DNA of 64,000 bases from Candidatus Omnitrophota bacterium. Lineage in GTDB: Bacteria; Omnitrophota; Gorgyraeia; Tantalellales; Tantalellaceae. The notes under the pieces are model-generated. The model was not told where the DNA came from. It searched no databases and saw nothing but the letters and a program-made list of their open reading frames with translations. Below are positions 46,422-56,864 of this stretch, piece by piece. The DNA lies in NCBI GenBank assembly GCA_028715965.1, contig JAQUQS010000001.1, forward strand, positions 164,188 to 228,187. Reading direction: 5' to 3'. Each line of letters opens with the position of its first letter. Position 1 is the first letter of the stretch. The position numbers and the translations under genes are program-made.

Positions 46422-46726
46422 TTTTCTTTTTCTCCATCCCTTACGATATCTATACGCATCTTCCGTATCACGTTCCCGAAAACATCGTTGATGATCTCAC
46501 GGCGCACATAATAGTATATATGTTTGCCCTGTTTCCGGTAATCGACCAGGTCGCAGTTCTTAAGTATATGAAGGTGGTGTGATATGGTAGGCTGGGATAT
46601 ATTGAACTCGGCACATATATCATTTACGCTCTTCTCGTCCGCCCCCAGCATATCCAGTATCTCCTGCCTGGTCTTATCCGCAAGCGCTTTGAATATCTTC
46701 ACGAGATCATATTCCGTCATATCCAC
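46418..46726 (-). CDS. ArsR/SmtB-family winged-helix transcriptional regulator.
   Basis: The protein is 102 aa with a helix-turn-helix (SQPTISHHLHILKNCDLVDYRKQGKHIYY). It overlaps the NYN gene by 4 nt. Confidence 0.8.
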   Translation of the reverse strand: MDMTEYDLVKIFKALADKTRQEILDMLGADEKSVNDICAEFNISQPTISHHLHILKNCDLVDYRKQGKHIYYYVRREIINDVFGNVIRKMRIDIVRDGEKEK

Positions 46727-46744
46727 GCCCCTTTTCGAAGTACA

Positions 46745-47401
46745 TCACTTGATCGCTATCCTGACTATAAGATCCCCCTTGTGCCTGCAACACGGACATT
46801 CCTTCCCCTGTCCCCGTAGCCTCATCTTCTGTCCCGCCTTTGTCCCCGGAGGTATGGATAATGTTATGTTCTTTCCGCTGGACATCTTGAATTTCGCCTC
46901 CCCGCCTTTTTTGGCCAGGTCCGACGGTATCGGAAGGTCCGCCATAACATCACTGTCGAACTCCTCCCTGCCGCCGGAAAACCCCCGGGCATTCGCCGCG
47001 CCACCGCCTGAGTAGAAGAACGTCCTTGTCTGTCCGCCGCGACGCCGAGACCCGGAAGAGAATATATCCCCGAAAATATCACTGAAAATGGAATCCGACG
47101 AAAAACCGCCTCCCTGCGAAAAATGCCTGGAAAATTCGGAGAAATCAAACCCCTGTGAAGAGGAAAAATTTCCCGTATAGGCACCCATTTTCCTGAGCTG
47201 GTCGTATTCTTTCCGCCGTTTAGGATCCCCCAACGCGTAATATGCTTCTGAAATGCTTTTGAACCTCTCCTCAGCCTGCTTATCACCCGGGTTCTTGTCT
47301 GGATGGTATTTCAGCGCGAGTTTCCTGTACACCTTTTTTATCTCGGCGTCACTCGCCTTCTCGTCCACCCCAAGCACTTTGTAATAATCTTCTGAGCTCA
47401 T
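46745..47401 (-). CDS. J-domain protein (DnaJ/CbpA-like; J domain plus G/F-rich region plus a short C-terminal DnaJ-CTD-like segment, no zinc-finger repeats).
   Basis: The J domain is [37 protein letters not shown] Gly/Phe/Ser-rich middle region and a C-terminal [18 protein letters not shown]...GDLIVRIAI follow. Confidence 0.8.
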   Translation of the reverse strand: MSSEDYYKVLGVDEKASDAEIKKVYRKLALKYHPDKNPGDKQAEERFKSISEAYYALGDPKRRKEYDQLRKMGAYTGNFSSSQGFDFSEFSRHFSQGGGFSSDSIFSDIFGDIFSSGSRRRGGQTRTFFYSGGGAANARGFSGGREEFDSDVMADLPIPSDLAKKGGEAKFKMSSGKNITLSIPPGTKAGQKMRLRGQGKECPCCRHKGDLIVRIAIK

Positions 47402-47413
47402 GCAACGTCTCCT

Positions 47414-50020
47414 TTATGAAGCGTTCTCCCTCTTATGTTCGAAAGTGAACACCGCTCTTTTCACATCGTACCCTATATGCAATTCGTCGCCGTCCTTTAT
47501 GTTCCCGCTCAACATCTCGAGCGCTATTCTATCCTGTATCTCTCTTTGTATCAACCGTTTTAACGGACGTGCCCCGTTATCCGGGTCATACCCGCGTAAC
47601 GCCAGTTCTTTTTTTGCCTCCAGATCGAAGAACGCCTTAATGTCCCTTCCAGCCAACCGCTGGACCACTGTATGTAGCTCGAGATCCACGATATTAAGTA
47701 TGTCCTCTTCCGAAAGTTTATTGAAGATCACCACCTCGTCCAGACGGTTAAGGAATTCCGGTCTGAAATGCTTCTTGAGCTGTTCCATGACCGACCTTTC
47801 AATATCCGCCTGGGAGTTGCTTTTATCGGAATAATACTGCCATCCTATATTGGACGTCATTATGATGATAGCGTTCTTGAAATCCACCAAATGGCCTTGA
47901 TTATCGGTCAATCTGCCGTCATCCAGTATCTGCAACAAGACATTGAAAACATCATGATGGGCCTTTTCTATCTCATCCAGGAGAATAACACAATATGGAC
48001 GTCTTCTGACCTTTTCCGTCAGCTGTCCGCCTTCCTCGTACCCCACATATCCCGGAGGCGCCCCAATAAGCCGTGAGACCGAATGCTTTTCCATATATTC
48101 CGACATATCTATCCTTATCATAGCCTCGGTATCGTTGAAAAGGAACCATGCCAGTGTCCTGGCCATATGTGTTTTTCCTACCCCCGTAGGCCCCAGGAAG
48201 ATGAAGGACCCTATGGGCTTGTCGGGATCGGCCAACCCGCTCCTGGAACGCCTCACAGCGTTGGATATCCTGTTTACAGCGTCGTCCTGGCCTATGATCC
48301 TTTCTTTCAGGGCATCTTCCATATGTACGAGCTTTTCCACCTCTGATTCCAGGAGCTTGGAGACCGGTATGCCCGTCCACTGAGCGACCACCCGGGCTAT
48401 ATCCTCGCCATCCACTTCCTCCTTTAGCATAATATTATCTTTCTGTACTTTCGCCAAGGTCTCCGTCTCGTCCTTGAGTTCTTTTTCAAGGGTTACAAGT
48501 GTCCCGTACCTTATTTCGGACACTTTTGCCAGGTTGTTCTCTTTTTCCGCGGCGGACTCCTGCGCTTTTGCCAGATCTATCTGTTCTTTTACCCTCCTTA
48601 TCCGGCTGATGCTCTCCTTTTCTTTCTCCCAGTGTTTTTTCTTGATAGCCAGATCATCTCTGAGCCGGGTAAGTTCGTTATTAACGGCGTCTATCTTGTT
48701 CTGCCCACCGGAGCTTTTTTTCTCTTTTTTGAGCGCCTGAGCCTCTATCTCAAGCTGCATTATCCGGCGTTGTATCTGGTCTATTTCCGTAGGAACGCTA
48801 TCGATCTCTATGCGGAGCTTGGACGCGGCCTCGTCCACCAGGTCTATCGCTTTATCCGGCAGGAACCTCGATGTTATATACCTGTCGGAAAGCTTAGCGG
48901 CCGCTACGATCGCCGAATCGGCTATTCGTACACCATGGTGGACCTCATATTTCTCCTTCAGCCCGCGCAATATCGCTATCGTATTATCTACTGACGGTTC
49001 TCCGATGAATATCTGCTGGAACCTTCGCTCGAGGGCCTTATCTTTCTCCACATACTTCCTGTATTCATCAAGCGTTGTGGCCCCTATACACCTGAGTTCT
49101 CCACGCGCCAGGGCGGGTTTAAGCATATTCGACGCGTCCATAGCCCCTTCGGCCCCACCGGCACCCACCAGCGTATGCAGTTCATCAATGAAAAGAATGA
49201 CCTCTCCCTCTTTCCTTTTTATCTCGCTCAAGACCGCTTTTAGCCTGTCTTCGAACTCTCCCCGGAACTTTGCCCCCGCTATCAAAGCGCCTAGGTCAAG
49301 CGCGATTATCCTTTTATCCCTGAGCTTGGTCGGCACATCCCCGGAGGATATCCTGCTGGCAAGACCCTCTACCACGGCCGTCTTGCCGGTACCGGGGTCA
49401 CCTATAAGAACAGGGTTGTTCTTGGTCCTGCGTGAAAGAACATGTATCATACGGCGTATTTCCTCGTCCCTTCCTATGACCGGGTCAAGTTTCCCGAGAT
49501 CGGCAAGTTCTACCAGGTCCCGGCCATATTTTTCCAGGGCCTGGTATTTACCTTCAGGGTCCTCATCATTCACCGTATGCCCACCTCTTATCGACTCGAG
49601 GGTCCTGAGTACATTATCCCGTGTGATATGGAATGATGCCAACAGGCCAGAGATACCCGATGGCGCGTTTTCCACAATGGCCAGGAGCAAATGCTCCACG
49701 CTTACATAGGCGTCCTTCATTTTTCCAGCTTCTTTCTCCGCTGAAGAAATCACCTCATTCATCTCCCTTGAAAAATACGGTTGGGAAGCGGCTCCACTTA
49801 TACGTGGTTTACCCGCTAGGAGACTGTCCAGCTCTTTCCTTATGTTATATGGATCGCTCCCTATCTTACTTATAACGCTAACACAGGTCCCTGTATCATC
49901 GCTCAAAAGCGCGTATAATAGATGCTCCGGACCTACTTCCTGGTGTCCTCTTTCGACCGCTTCATTCAGCGCACCCCTGAGCGCTTCCTGGGCTTTTACC
50001 GTGAATTTATCCGTTTTCAT
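47414..50020 (-). CDS. clpB: Chaperone ClpB (Hsp100 disaggregase).
   Basis: Two AAA+ modules ([15 protein letters not shown]; [15 protein letters not shown]) and a long coiled-coil middle domain are present. An SD (AGGGGA-8 nt) supports the start at M12 (50020); the ORF track extends to 50053. Confidence 0.95.
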   Translation of the reverse strand: MKTDKFTVKAQEALRGALNEAVERGHQEVGPEHLLYALLSDDTGTCVSVISKIGSDPYNIRKELDSLLAGKPRISGAASQPYFSREMNEVISSAEKEAGKMKDAYVSVEHLLLAIVENAPSGISGLLASFHITRDNVLRTLESIRGGHTVNDEDPEGKYQALEKYGRDLVELADLGKLDPVIGRDEEIRRMIHVLSRRTKNNPVLIGDPGTGKTAVVEGLASRISSGDVPTKLRDKRIIALDLGALIAGAKFRGEFEDRLKAVLSEIKRKEGEVILFIDELHTLVGAGGAEGAMDASNMLKPALARGELRCIGATTLDEYRKYVEKDKALERRFQQIFIGEPSVDNTIAILRGLKEKYEVHHGVRIADSAIVAAAKLSDRYITSRFLPDKAIDLVDEAASKLRIEIDSVPTEIDQIQRRIMQLEIEAQALKKEKKSSGGQNKIDAVNNELTRLRDDLAIKKKHWEKEKESISRIRRVKEQIDLAKAQESAAEKENNLAKVSEIRYGTLVTLEKELKDETETLAKVQKDNIMLKEEVDGEDIARVVAQWTGIPVSKLLESEVEKLVHMEDALKERIIGQDDAVNRISNAVRRSRSGLADPDKPIGSFIFLGPTGVGKTHMARTLAWFLFNDTEAMIRIDMSEYMEKHSVSRLIGAPPGYVGYEEGGQLTEKVRRRPYCVILLDEIEKAHHDVFNVLLQILDDGRLTDNQGHLVDFKNAIIIMTSNIGWQYYSDKSNSQADIERSVMEQLKKHFRPEFLNRLDEVVIFNKLSEEDILNIVDLELHTVVQRLAGRDIKAFFDLEAKKELALRGYDPDNGARPLKRLIQREIQDRIALEMLSGNIKDGDELHIGYDVKRAVFTFEHKRENAS

Positions 50021-50059
50021 ATATATCTTCCCCTTTCTAGAATATATAGACATATTTAC

Positions 50060-50088
50060 ATCTATCTATATGATACATCAAAAAACGC
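50060..50088 (-). promoter_or_regulatory. Sigma70 consensus-like promoter for clpB (TTGACA-17-TATCAT).
   Basis: On the minus strand it reads TTGACAAAAAGCGTTTTTTGATGTATCAT. The -10 ends about 35 nt upstream of the clpB M12 ATG, inside a 76-bp intergenic region. Confidence 0.6.
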
Positions 50089-50129
50089 TTTTTGTCAATA
50101 CGATCTCGAAAATATCAGGAAAGAGGTCT

Positions 50130-50684
50130 TTAGTGGTTCTTGCTGAAGCAATCCCTCATGAACACTTTTACTATACGATCATTGACCATGGAAATGCTGT
50201 CATTCTGGCCCATCTCTTTGGAGGTAACGGTGGCCTTGATACGTCTTGACCACAGTTCCTTCCCAGAAGGACCGTCCCATACGGTAAAAACCGCCGTCAT
50301 GCGCGCGTAGTTCTCGTTAGTTACCATATCCAGGACGATAGGACCTATACCGGCAATATTATCAACCGGGTCCTTGTCGGTCCAGAACATCTCATCTATC
50401 GAGCTTTCTATCACGATATCGGCAGATGCCTTGTCTTCAATGACCTTGAAGTTTATGGTCATCCTGGTGGTTAAAGCGTTCTCCAATGTCCTTTTCAGGT
50501 TTTTCTCGTCCGCTATACTGGTCGCGGTCAGGTCTTTTATATCATCAACGTATACCTTGACCTGATCTTTTTCGGTCAACACATTATACAAGTTCCCAAC
50601 CGCCCTTCGCGCCAAAGCTTCTCCGGTCATACATGTAAGCATGAACATGGCAGAAACCGCTATTGCAAAGGACCTCATCATCAT
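50130..50684 (-). CDS. Secreted or periplasmic hypothetical protein (184 aa).
   Basis: It has a signal peptide (MMMRSFAIAVSAMFMLTCMTGEALA) and lies 1 nt downstream of the Lon-like gene stop. No motif was recognized. Confidence 0.5.
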   Translation of the reverse strand: MMMRSFAIAVSAMFMLTCMTGEALARRAVGNLYNVLTEKDQVKVYVDDIKDLTATSIADEKNLKRTLENALTTRMTINFKVIEDKASADIVIESSIDEMFWTDKDPVDNIAGIGPIVLDMVTNENYARMTAVFTVWDGPSGKELWSRRIKATVTSKEMGQNDSISMVNDRIVKVFMRDCFSKNH

Positions 50685-50685
50685 A

Positions 50686-53157
50686 TCACCTCCGCTTACG
50701 GTTAGGGCTTTTCTCTTCTTTTTTTTCCTTACGTTTTTTCGCCTTCTTCCCAGCGGAACCTGTGGAACCGGAAGTTTTAGCGAACTTCCTGTTATAATCA
50801 GTAAGTTTCTTATTTACAAGATAGAATATGCTGCCGCGTGAATATTTACCGTCCTTGTCCTTTTTTCCGGCCGGTTTCCCGGTAAGTATCTCTATCCCCT
50901 CCTCTACGGTCGCCACCGCCCAGATATTGAACCTGCCCTTCTTTACGGCGTCCACCACCTCATCTTTCAGCATCAGGTGTTTTACGTTGGATTCCGGGAT
51001 TATCACACCCGGGCCGTCTTTCAGGCCCTTTAATTTACACACATGGTAGAACCCTTCTATCTTCTCGTTTATCCCTCCGACCGGCTGTATGAAGCCATGC
51101 TGGTTCATGGAACCTGTAACGGCTATGCTCTGCTTTATCGGCACTCCCGACAGGGATGACAGGATGCAATACGCCTCGGTACTGGACGCGGAATCCCCGT
51201 CCACTCCATCATAATTCTGCTCAAAACATATACTGGCGCTTAACGTAAGCGGTGCATCTTGCGCGAATTTTTCACCCAGGTACCCGCTAAGTATCAACAC
51301 TCCCTTAGAATGTATGCTCCCGCCCATTTTCACCTGACGCTCTATATCTACCACGCCGGATTTACCCATATATGTACTAACCGTTATCCTGGACGGTTTC
51401 CCGAACATATACTCACCCATATCATATACAGCAAGACCGTTCACCTGCCCGACCACGGCTTTTTCGGTATCTATCATGATGATATTACGGTTTATAAGCT
51501 CTCCTATCTTCTCCTCTATAAGGTTGGAACGATACACTTTCTCATGGATCGCCTTCTCAACATGATGTGAATCCACGCATTTTGCGCCATCTTTTCCCGC
51601 CCAGTAATCGGCCTCTCTCAATATGTCCGCTATATCCAGGAACCTGGCGCTCAATTTTTCCTGGTCGCTGGTAAGTCTTGAACCATATTCGACTATCCTG
51701 GCTACCGCTTTCCTGTCAAAAGATCTTAGCCCCTCTTCTTCGCACCGCACCTTGATAAAAGCGGCGTATTTGTTTATCTTCTCGGCATCTCGCCCCATTT
51801 GCACGTCAAAATCCGCCTTGACCTTGAACATCTTCCTGAAATCCTCGTCGAACATGTACAAAAGCTGATATAGCCTGGAAGAGCCTATCATTATTATCTT
51901 AATGTCACATGGTATGGGTTTGGGTTTAAGGCTGGTAGTACTTATCAGGCGGAACTGCTCGTTTATGTCCTCGACCTTTATCTCGCTGTTCCTGATAACA
52001 CGCTTTAGCGCGTCCCACGCCATGAAACTCGTGAGCACATCCATCGCCTGGAGTATCAAATATCCACCGTTAGCCTTATGCAGGGCCCCGGGAGCTATCA
52101 TGGTAAAATCCGTTGTCATGGAACCGAACTGGGAAACATATTCTATTCGTCCCAGCAGGTTATAATAATTGGGGTTCGCCTCCAGTATCACCGGCGCCCC
52201 TTTCGAATGCCGGTGATCCACGAGCAGATTGACATCATATTGCTGGAAAACGTTCTTCTTGGACTGGCTCTTCCCCGGCACCCCCCCGAAAATCTGGAAC
52301 TGGGAATCCTGTTCCTCTTCCTTGAAAATATCGATATGTTTTACGATATCCTCCTGTACATGGTTGAGATATTCGGTTATGTCCTCGAATTCACGATACT
52401 TGAACCTTAACTCATCCATCACGTGTTTCACGGCAAAAAGCGCGACCTCTCTCTCCAGGTCCTTTATCTGGCTCTTCGCCGCTTTTTCCATGGTCCTCAC
52501 TTCGGCAAGCACCTGTTCAATCTTTATATGCAGCTCGTTCTTTTTCTTGTCGATCTTCTCTTTTTTCTTGTCCGTAAGCTGTTCAAACTCTTCGGTGCTC
52601 ATCGCCCTTTCGCCCACCCGCGGGACCAGAATGACCCCGGTGGCGGATTGTTTCAACACGAATCCCTCCTCATAGGCGCCATTCTCTATCTCCTCGATCG
52701 TGGTATCCCGCCGCTTTTTATACTCCTTAAGGAGTTCCTGCTTCCGTGTCTCATAGTCTTCGCTCTCAAAAGCGCGCGGTATCTCCACTTTCAGCTCATC
52801 CACAAGTTCTTCCATGTCTTTCTTGAAGATTATCCCACGTCCCGCGGGCAATCGTATGGCTATCGGCTCATACTCGTTTATAAAATTATATATATATATC
52901 CAGTCATCCGGCGGGGCCTGTTTACCCGCTATATCGTTGACCGCTTTCTTTACAAGCGTATTCCGTCCTGTCCCGGTGGCTCCACAAACAAATATATTGT
53001 ACCCTTTGGACCTTATATTAAGCCCGAAGTCCACCGAGTTAACCCCTCTCTCCTGGTGTACCGGCTCATGTTCAAAATCAAAATCTTCCGTGCTTTTGAA
53101 CGGGAACTCGGACGGGTCACACATCTTCTTAAGGTCGCTCGACTTGAGTTTTCTCAT
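50686..53157 (-). CDS. Lon-related ATP-dependent protease (COG1067/LonB-like: AAA+ module plus C-terminal S16 Ser-Lys protease domain), soluble.
   Basis: The Walker A is FVCGATGTGRNTL. The C-terminal catalytic motif is DGVDGDSASSTEAYCILSSLSGVPI...VTGSMNQHG. A strong SD (AAGGAGAG-6 nt) supports the start at M16 (53157). Confidence 0.75.
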   Translation of the reverse strand: MRKLKSSDLKKMCDPSEFPFKSTEDFDFEHEPVHQERGVNSVDFGLNIRSKGYNIFVCGATGTGRNTLVKKAVNDIAGKQAPPDDWIYIYNFINEYEPIAIRLPAGRGIIFKKDMEELVDELKVEIPRAFESEDYETRKQELLKEYKKRRDTTIEEIENGAYEEGFVLKQSATGVILVPRVGERAMSTEEFEQLTDKKKEKIDKKKNELHIKIEQVLAEVRTMEKAAKSQIKDLEREVALFAVKHVMDELRFKYREFEDITEYLNHVQEDIVKHIDIFKEEEQDSQFQIFGGVPGKSQSKKNVFQQYDVNLLVDHRHSKGAPVILEANPNYYNLLGRIEYVSQFGSMTTDFTMIAPGALHKANGGYLILQAMDVLTSFMAWDALKRVIRNSEIKVEDINEQFRLISTTSLKPKPIPCDIKIIMIGSSRLYQLLYMFDEDFRKMFKVKADFDVQMGRDAEKINKYAAFIKVRCEEEGLRSFDRKAVARIVEYGSRLTSDQEKLSARFLDIADILREADYWAGKDGAKCVDSHHVEKAIHEKVYRSNLIEEKIGELINRNIIMIDTEKAVVGQVNGLAVYDMGEYMFGKPSRITVSTYMGKSGVVDIERQVKMGGSIHSKGVLILSGYLGEKFAQDAPLTLSASICFEQNYDGVDGDSASSTEAYCILSSLSGVPIKQSIAVTGSMNQHGFIQPVGGINEKIEGFYHVCKLKGLKDGPGVIIPESNVKHLMLKDEVVDAVKKGRFNIWAVATVEEGIEILTGKPAGKKDKDGKYSRGSIFYLVNKKLTDYNRKFAKTSGSTGSAGKKAKKRKEKKEEKSPNRKRR

Positions 53158-53202
53158 GCCATTCTCTCCTTCATATGTTCTTTGGCCTGGCGGCGAATTC
53201 AA

Positions 53203-53388
53203 TTAAAGTTTCATAAAAAAATCGAAGAACGGGTCCTCGGACCTTTTTGACATCTTTTTGTACCTGTAGCTCATGAGTGTTATGGTCACACCGGCAAAGA
53301 TCAGGAGCAACGCCACAATAAGCGAAAGCAATGGAGGGTACAATGCTATCAATACGCCGCTCACCAGTATCAATATCCCTAATGCCAT
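53203..53388 (-). CDS. Small two-helix membrane protein (61 aa).
   Basis: MALGILILVSGVLIALYPPLLSLIVALLLIFAGVTITLMSYRYKK has a two-TM hairpin pattern. It lies directly upstream of, and abuts, the Lon-like gene. Confidence 0.45.
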   Translation of the reverse strand: MALGILILVSGVLIALYPPLLSLIVALLLIFAGVTITLMSYRYKKMSKRSEDPFFDFFMKL

Positions 53389-53489
53389 ATCGCCCCTTCC
53401 CGGAATAAGTATATTCCATAAGTTAAAAATATCTTATTTTGCCGCCTATTACAAGTATACCCAAAGTTATTAAGTATGGAAGTGATATC

Positions 53490-54446
53490 TCAGGCCGGGA
53501 ACATATTGAACGCGGCCACCCACAGCGGGATGGTCACCAGCGAAAGAACATGGGTATAGAACACGGTACCTGAAAGGAATTCGTTATCCGCGCCCGTAAA
53601 ACTCCCTATGGCCACAAGGGACACCGCGGACGGCATCATACTTTCCAGGAGCAGAAAGAACTTCATGTCCCGCGGGAACCCGACCAGCATAAGTACCGGG
53701 AAGATGACAGCGGGCACTACCAACAGTTTGACCAGGCTGGCTACCAGCATTACCCGCTTCCTCTTCGGGGCAAACACCTTATAACGACACAGATAGAACC
53801 CCAAAAGGAGCATAGCTACAGGATATGACGCGGCCCCCAGCTTGAGAAGAGGATCGGCCACGATATCCGGGACCGCCCCCTTGCCGACCACCGCTACCCA
53901 TATAAGAGAGAGGACCGTAGCCATCACTGGCGGGTTGAGTATGTTATGTATTTTTACTTTTCCGCCATTACCTCCGGAGAGGAAGACCGGTATCACGGAC
54001 CATATTATGAGGTTGAACCCCTGTATGAACAGGAACGTGTATATAAGCAGTTTTTCCGACATCATGCCGGCAAAAGAGAATGTGATAAGGGTTATCGGGA
54101 GGTACCCGCAGTTCTGGAACCCGGTAACACATACGAATTCTCTCCACGGGACGCCCTTGCCCATGAACAATAGCGTTATCCTGCCTGAGACCATGCCCAC
54201 GAAGCAGAACACTACGGACACCAAAGGAAATATCCACCACAGGGGGTATTCGGCAAAACTAAAATGAGATGTGGTCTTTGATATTATAAGCGCCGGAAAG
54301 AATATCCATATGAGGAGCAGGCTCATCCTGTCGGTGAAATTATCATCCACCAGCTTGAAAAAATACATGGCGTAACCCGTAAAAGCCAGCAGGAATATCT
54401 TGGTTATAGTGGACGCTACTACGCCAAATGAGATATCAAATTCCAT
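53490..54446 (-). CDS. Auxin efflux carrier (AEC) family transporter.
   Basis: It is a 318-aa polytopic membrane protein with the internal-repeat topology typical of AEC/malate-permease-like transporters. Confidence 0.6.
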   Translation of the reverse strand: MEFDISFGVVASTITKIFLLAFTGYAMYFFKLVDDNFTDRMSLLLIWIFFPALIISKTTSHFSFAEYPLWWIFPLVSVVFCFVGMVSGRITLLFMGKGVPWREFVCVTGFQNCGYLPITLITFSFAGMMSEKLLIYTFLFIQGFNLIIWSVIPVFLSGGNGGKVKIHNILNPPVMATVLSLIWVAVVGKGAVPDIVADPLLKLGAASYPVAMLLLGFYLCRYKVFAPKRKRVMLVASLVKLLVVPAVIFPVLMLVGFPRDMKFFLLLESMMPSAVSLVAIGSFTGADNEFLSGTVFYTHVLSLVTIPLWVAAFNMFPA

Positions 54447-54471
54447 CTAAAATTCACCTGTACTTGCGCTG

Positions 54472-55761
54472 TTAAGAACCGGGCTTACCTAGTAGCCGGA
54501 ACATCTTCTTTTTGTAGGCCTCCACCCCGGGCTGATCGAAGGGGTTAACACCCAGCATATATCCGGAGACCGCTACCGCCTTTTCAAAAAAATAGAATAG
54601 TTGTCCGAGATAATAAGCGTTCTTTTCCGGCATGGCGATAGTAAGATTAGGTACGCCGCCTTCAAAATGCGCTTCGGCCGTGGCTTCATACGCTTTCCTG
54701 TTTATGAAACCCAGGTCCCTGCCTTCGAGATAATTCAGGCCGTCCAGGTCCTCATCGTCATGTGGTATGGCACATCCCGTGTTTTCCGTCTCTACGGTCA
54801 GGAATGTTTCGAAAATATTACGCTCCCCCTCTTGTATAAGCTGTCCCATTGAATGCAGATCAGTGGAGAAGTCACACGCGGCCGGGAATATACCGTGGCC
54901 GGACTTGCCCTCACTTTCGCCAAAAAGCTGCTTCCACCACTCCGAGACATAATGCAGATATGTATGGAAGGACGAAAGTATCTCTATTTTTTTTTCTCTG
55001 TCATAAAGCACTTTACGTATAACGGCATACCGGTAACTAAGGTTCCTGTCAATATCACATGTAGAGGTAATATCCGCCATGTCCGCGGCACCCTTGATCA
55101 TTTTGCTGATATCTATCCCGGCGAAAGCCATGGGTAGAAGTCCTACCGGGGTCAGGACCGAGAACCTTCCGCCGACATCGTCCGGAATAACGAATGTCTT
55201 ATACCCTTCTCTATCCGCCAGTTTCTTGAGAGCCCCTCTGGCCGAATCCGTGGTGCATACCACCCTGTCCCTCAGGCCTGAATGCCCGTATTTCTTCCGC
55301 AGGGCCTCCTGCAGGCACCTGAAGGCTATAGCGGGCTCTGTAGTGGTCCCGGATTTGGATATGACATTAATGGACACTTCCGCGTTCTCGAGCCTCTCCA
55401 GTATTTTCAGCAGATGTTCGCCCGAGATATTGTTCCCCGCGAACATGACGTTCTTCCATACACTGGATGGGGATAAAGCCCCGATAGCAGCCCTTGCCCC
55501 CAGATACGATCCACCTATACCAACGACGACCATTACACTGGAGATCTTTTTCAGCGCGCTCGCGGTCGTGACTATATCTTCAACAAGACATTCGGGAGTG
55601 TTTTTCGGCAGGTCCATCCACCCCAGGAAACCGTTCCCTGGACCGTTACGGCCCTCAAGCATTGAATGGGCTCTATCAAGAAGAGGGACGACTTTTTCCA
55701 TGTCTTTCCCGGAAACCGCTCCTTCCAGAAAATGAGTATCAAGCACGAGCGTTCTTTCCAT
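54472..55761 (-). CDS. pgi: Glucose-6-phosphate isomerase.
   Basis: The SIS-domain motifs VVVGIGGSYLGARA and ...SKSGTT...E are present; at 429 aa it is the bacterial short form. Confidence 0.85.
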   Translation of the reverse strand: MERTLVLDTHFLEGAVSGKDMEKVVPLLDRAHSMLEGRNGPGNGFLGWMDLPKNTPECLVEDIVTTASALKKISSVMVVVGIGGSYLGARAAIGALSPSSVWKNVMFAGNNISGEHLLKILERLENAEVSINVISKSGTTTEPAIAFRCLQEALRKKYGHSGLRDRVVCTTDSARGALKKLADREGYKTFVIPDDVGGRFSVLTPVGLLPMAFAGIDISKMIKGAADMADITSTCDIDRNLSYRYAVIRKVLYDREKKIEILSSFHTYLHYVSEWWKQLFGESEGKSGHGIFPAACDFSTDLHSMGQLIQEGERNIFETFLTVETENTGCAIPHDDEDLDGLNYLEGRDLGFINRKAYEATAEAHFEGGVPNLTIAMPEKNAYYLGQLFYFFEKAVAVSGYMLGVNPFDQPGVEAYKKKMFRLLGKPGS

Positions 55762-55786
55762 TATTCCCTCCTACCCGGAATGAAAG

Positions 55787-56578
55787 TTATTCTCCTTCTT
55801 TAAGCCTCCTGAACACATTATAGAACCCGGATAGCTTTGCCTCAAAATGAAGCGGTTGCACCGTATCTGAGTTCGTCACCTTAACGCGTTTAAGCTCATA
55901 GACATCCTCATTGGCCGTTGAAAGCCCCCGGTTGGTGGTGCAGGCACCTTTATACCCGGCCTTTTTCACCATGTCCTTTATGCCATCATTGAACCCGCCG
56001 GTCGGATAACAGAAGAAGTCAACCTCCCGCCCTGTCATCCTCTGGATATCGTCCTTAGCCCCATAGATCTCCTCTTTTAACTTAGCGTTATCCTTTATCG
56101 AGGGTAGATACACATTGTTGCGCGTATGCGCCCCGAAAGAGATATCGTTCCTCATCATGAGCCTTATCTGTTCCCAGGTCAAATAGCCTTCCCGTTTGTC
56201 CACATATCCGCTTATCATGAAAATAGTGGCTGGCATACCATATTGCGACAGGACCGGAAAAGCATATAGATAATTATCCTCGAAACCATCATCGAACGTG
56301 ACCACTACCGTCCTGGGGACATATCTCTCCCCCTTGTTTATGTGTGCCACGAGATCCTTCAGGGATATTACGCTGTATCCTTTATCGCGAAGATACTGCA
56401 TCTGTCTCGCGAAATTCTTAGGCGTCACGTTAAGGGTGCTGGCCTTATCCTTGCTCACAGAATGGTACATAAGTATCGGCGTGGTCCTACGGGGAGACAT
56501 GTAGGCGAAATAGAATATCACGGCCAAAATAGCCGTAAAGACCGGTATAGCCACGAGAACTTTAGTTATTTTACGCAT
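55787..56578 (-). CDS. Polysaccharide deacetylase (NodB-homology, CE4 family).
   Basis: The motifs VVTFDDGFEDNY (DD metal-binding) and H-containing NodB motifs are present, with an N-terminal TM anchor. An SD (AGAGGGG) supports the start at M8 (56578). Confidence 0.8.
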   Translation of the reverse strand: MRKITKVLVAIPVFTAILAVIFYFAYMSPRRTTPILMYHSVSKDKASTLNVTPKNFARQMQYLRDKGYSVISLKDLVAHINKGERYVPRTVVVTFDDGFEDNYLYAFPVLSQYGMPATIFMISGYVDKREGYLTWEQIRLMMRNDISFGAHTRNNVYLPSIKDNAKLKEEIYGAKDDIQRMTGREVDFFCYPTGGFNDGIKDMVKKAGYKGACTTNRGLSTANEDVYELKRVKVTNSDTVQPLHFEAKLSGFYNVFRRLKEGE

Positions 56579-56614
56579 AAACCCCTCTTCTCGCGTCACG
56601 CGAATGTGAACATA

Positions 56615-56800
56615 TCATGATATGCTTATAGCGTTGACCGGGCATTGTTCCGCGGCCCGTCCAGCGATATCCAGCATATCATCCTGAACATCCTCCACTA
56701 AAGCTACGGCCTTATCCCCTTCCATGCGAAAGACCTCCGGGGATATCCCGACACACAACCCGCAACCTATGCATATATCGTGATCGACCTTTGCCTTCAT
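56615..56800 (-). CDS. Small 4Fe-4S ferredoxin (61 aa).
   Basis: The cluster cysteines are CIGCGLC...C(P), ending ...AAEQCPVNAISI. Confidence 0.75.
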   Translation of the reverse strand: MKAKVDHDICIGCGLCVGISPEVFRMEGDKAVALVEDVQDDMLDIAGRAAEQCPVNAISIS

Positions 56801-56864
56801 ACCTTATCCTCTTTGTTCATTCTATCAGAAGCCCCTTACACTGTCCACGCATTACAACACCCCG

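Noticed and set aside
50036-50070. CIRCE or HAIR heat-shock operator upstream of clpB.
   Set aside because: The sequence does not match the CIRCE (TTAGCACTC-N9-GAGTGCTAA) or HAIR (CTTGAGT-N7-ACTCAAG) consensus. Only a weak AT-rich imperfect palindrome is present; it is mentioned as a possible ArsR site in the findings.
50686-53157. Lon-like protease as a BREX BrxL defence component.
   Set aside because: No brxA/B/C, pglX or pglZ genes are nearby. The architecture (about 820 aa, COG1067-like with the N-terminal FVCGATGTG Walker A) fits housekeeping Lon-related proteases.
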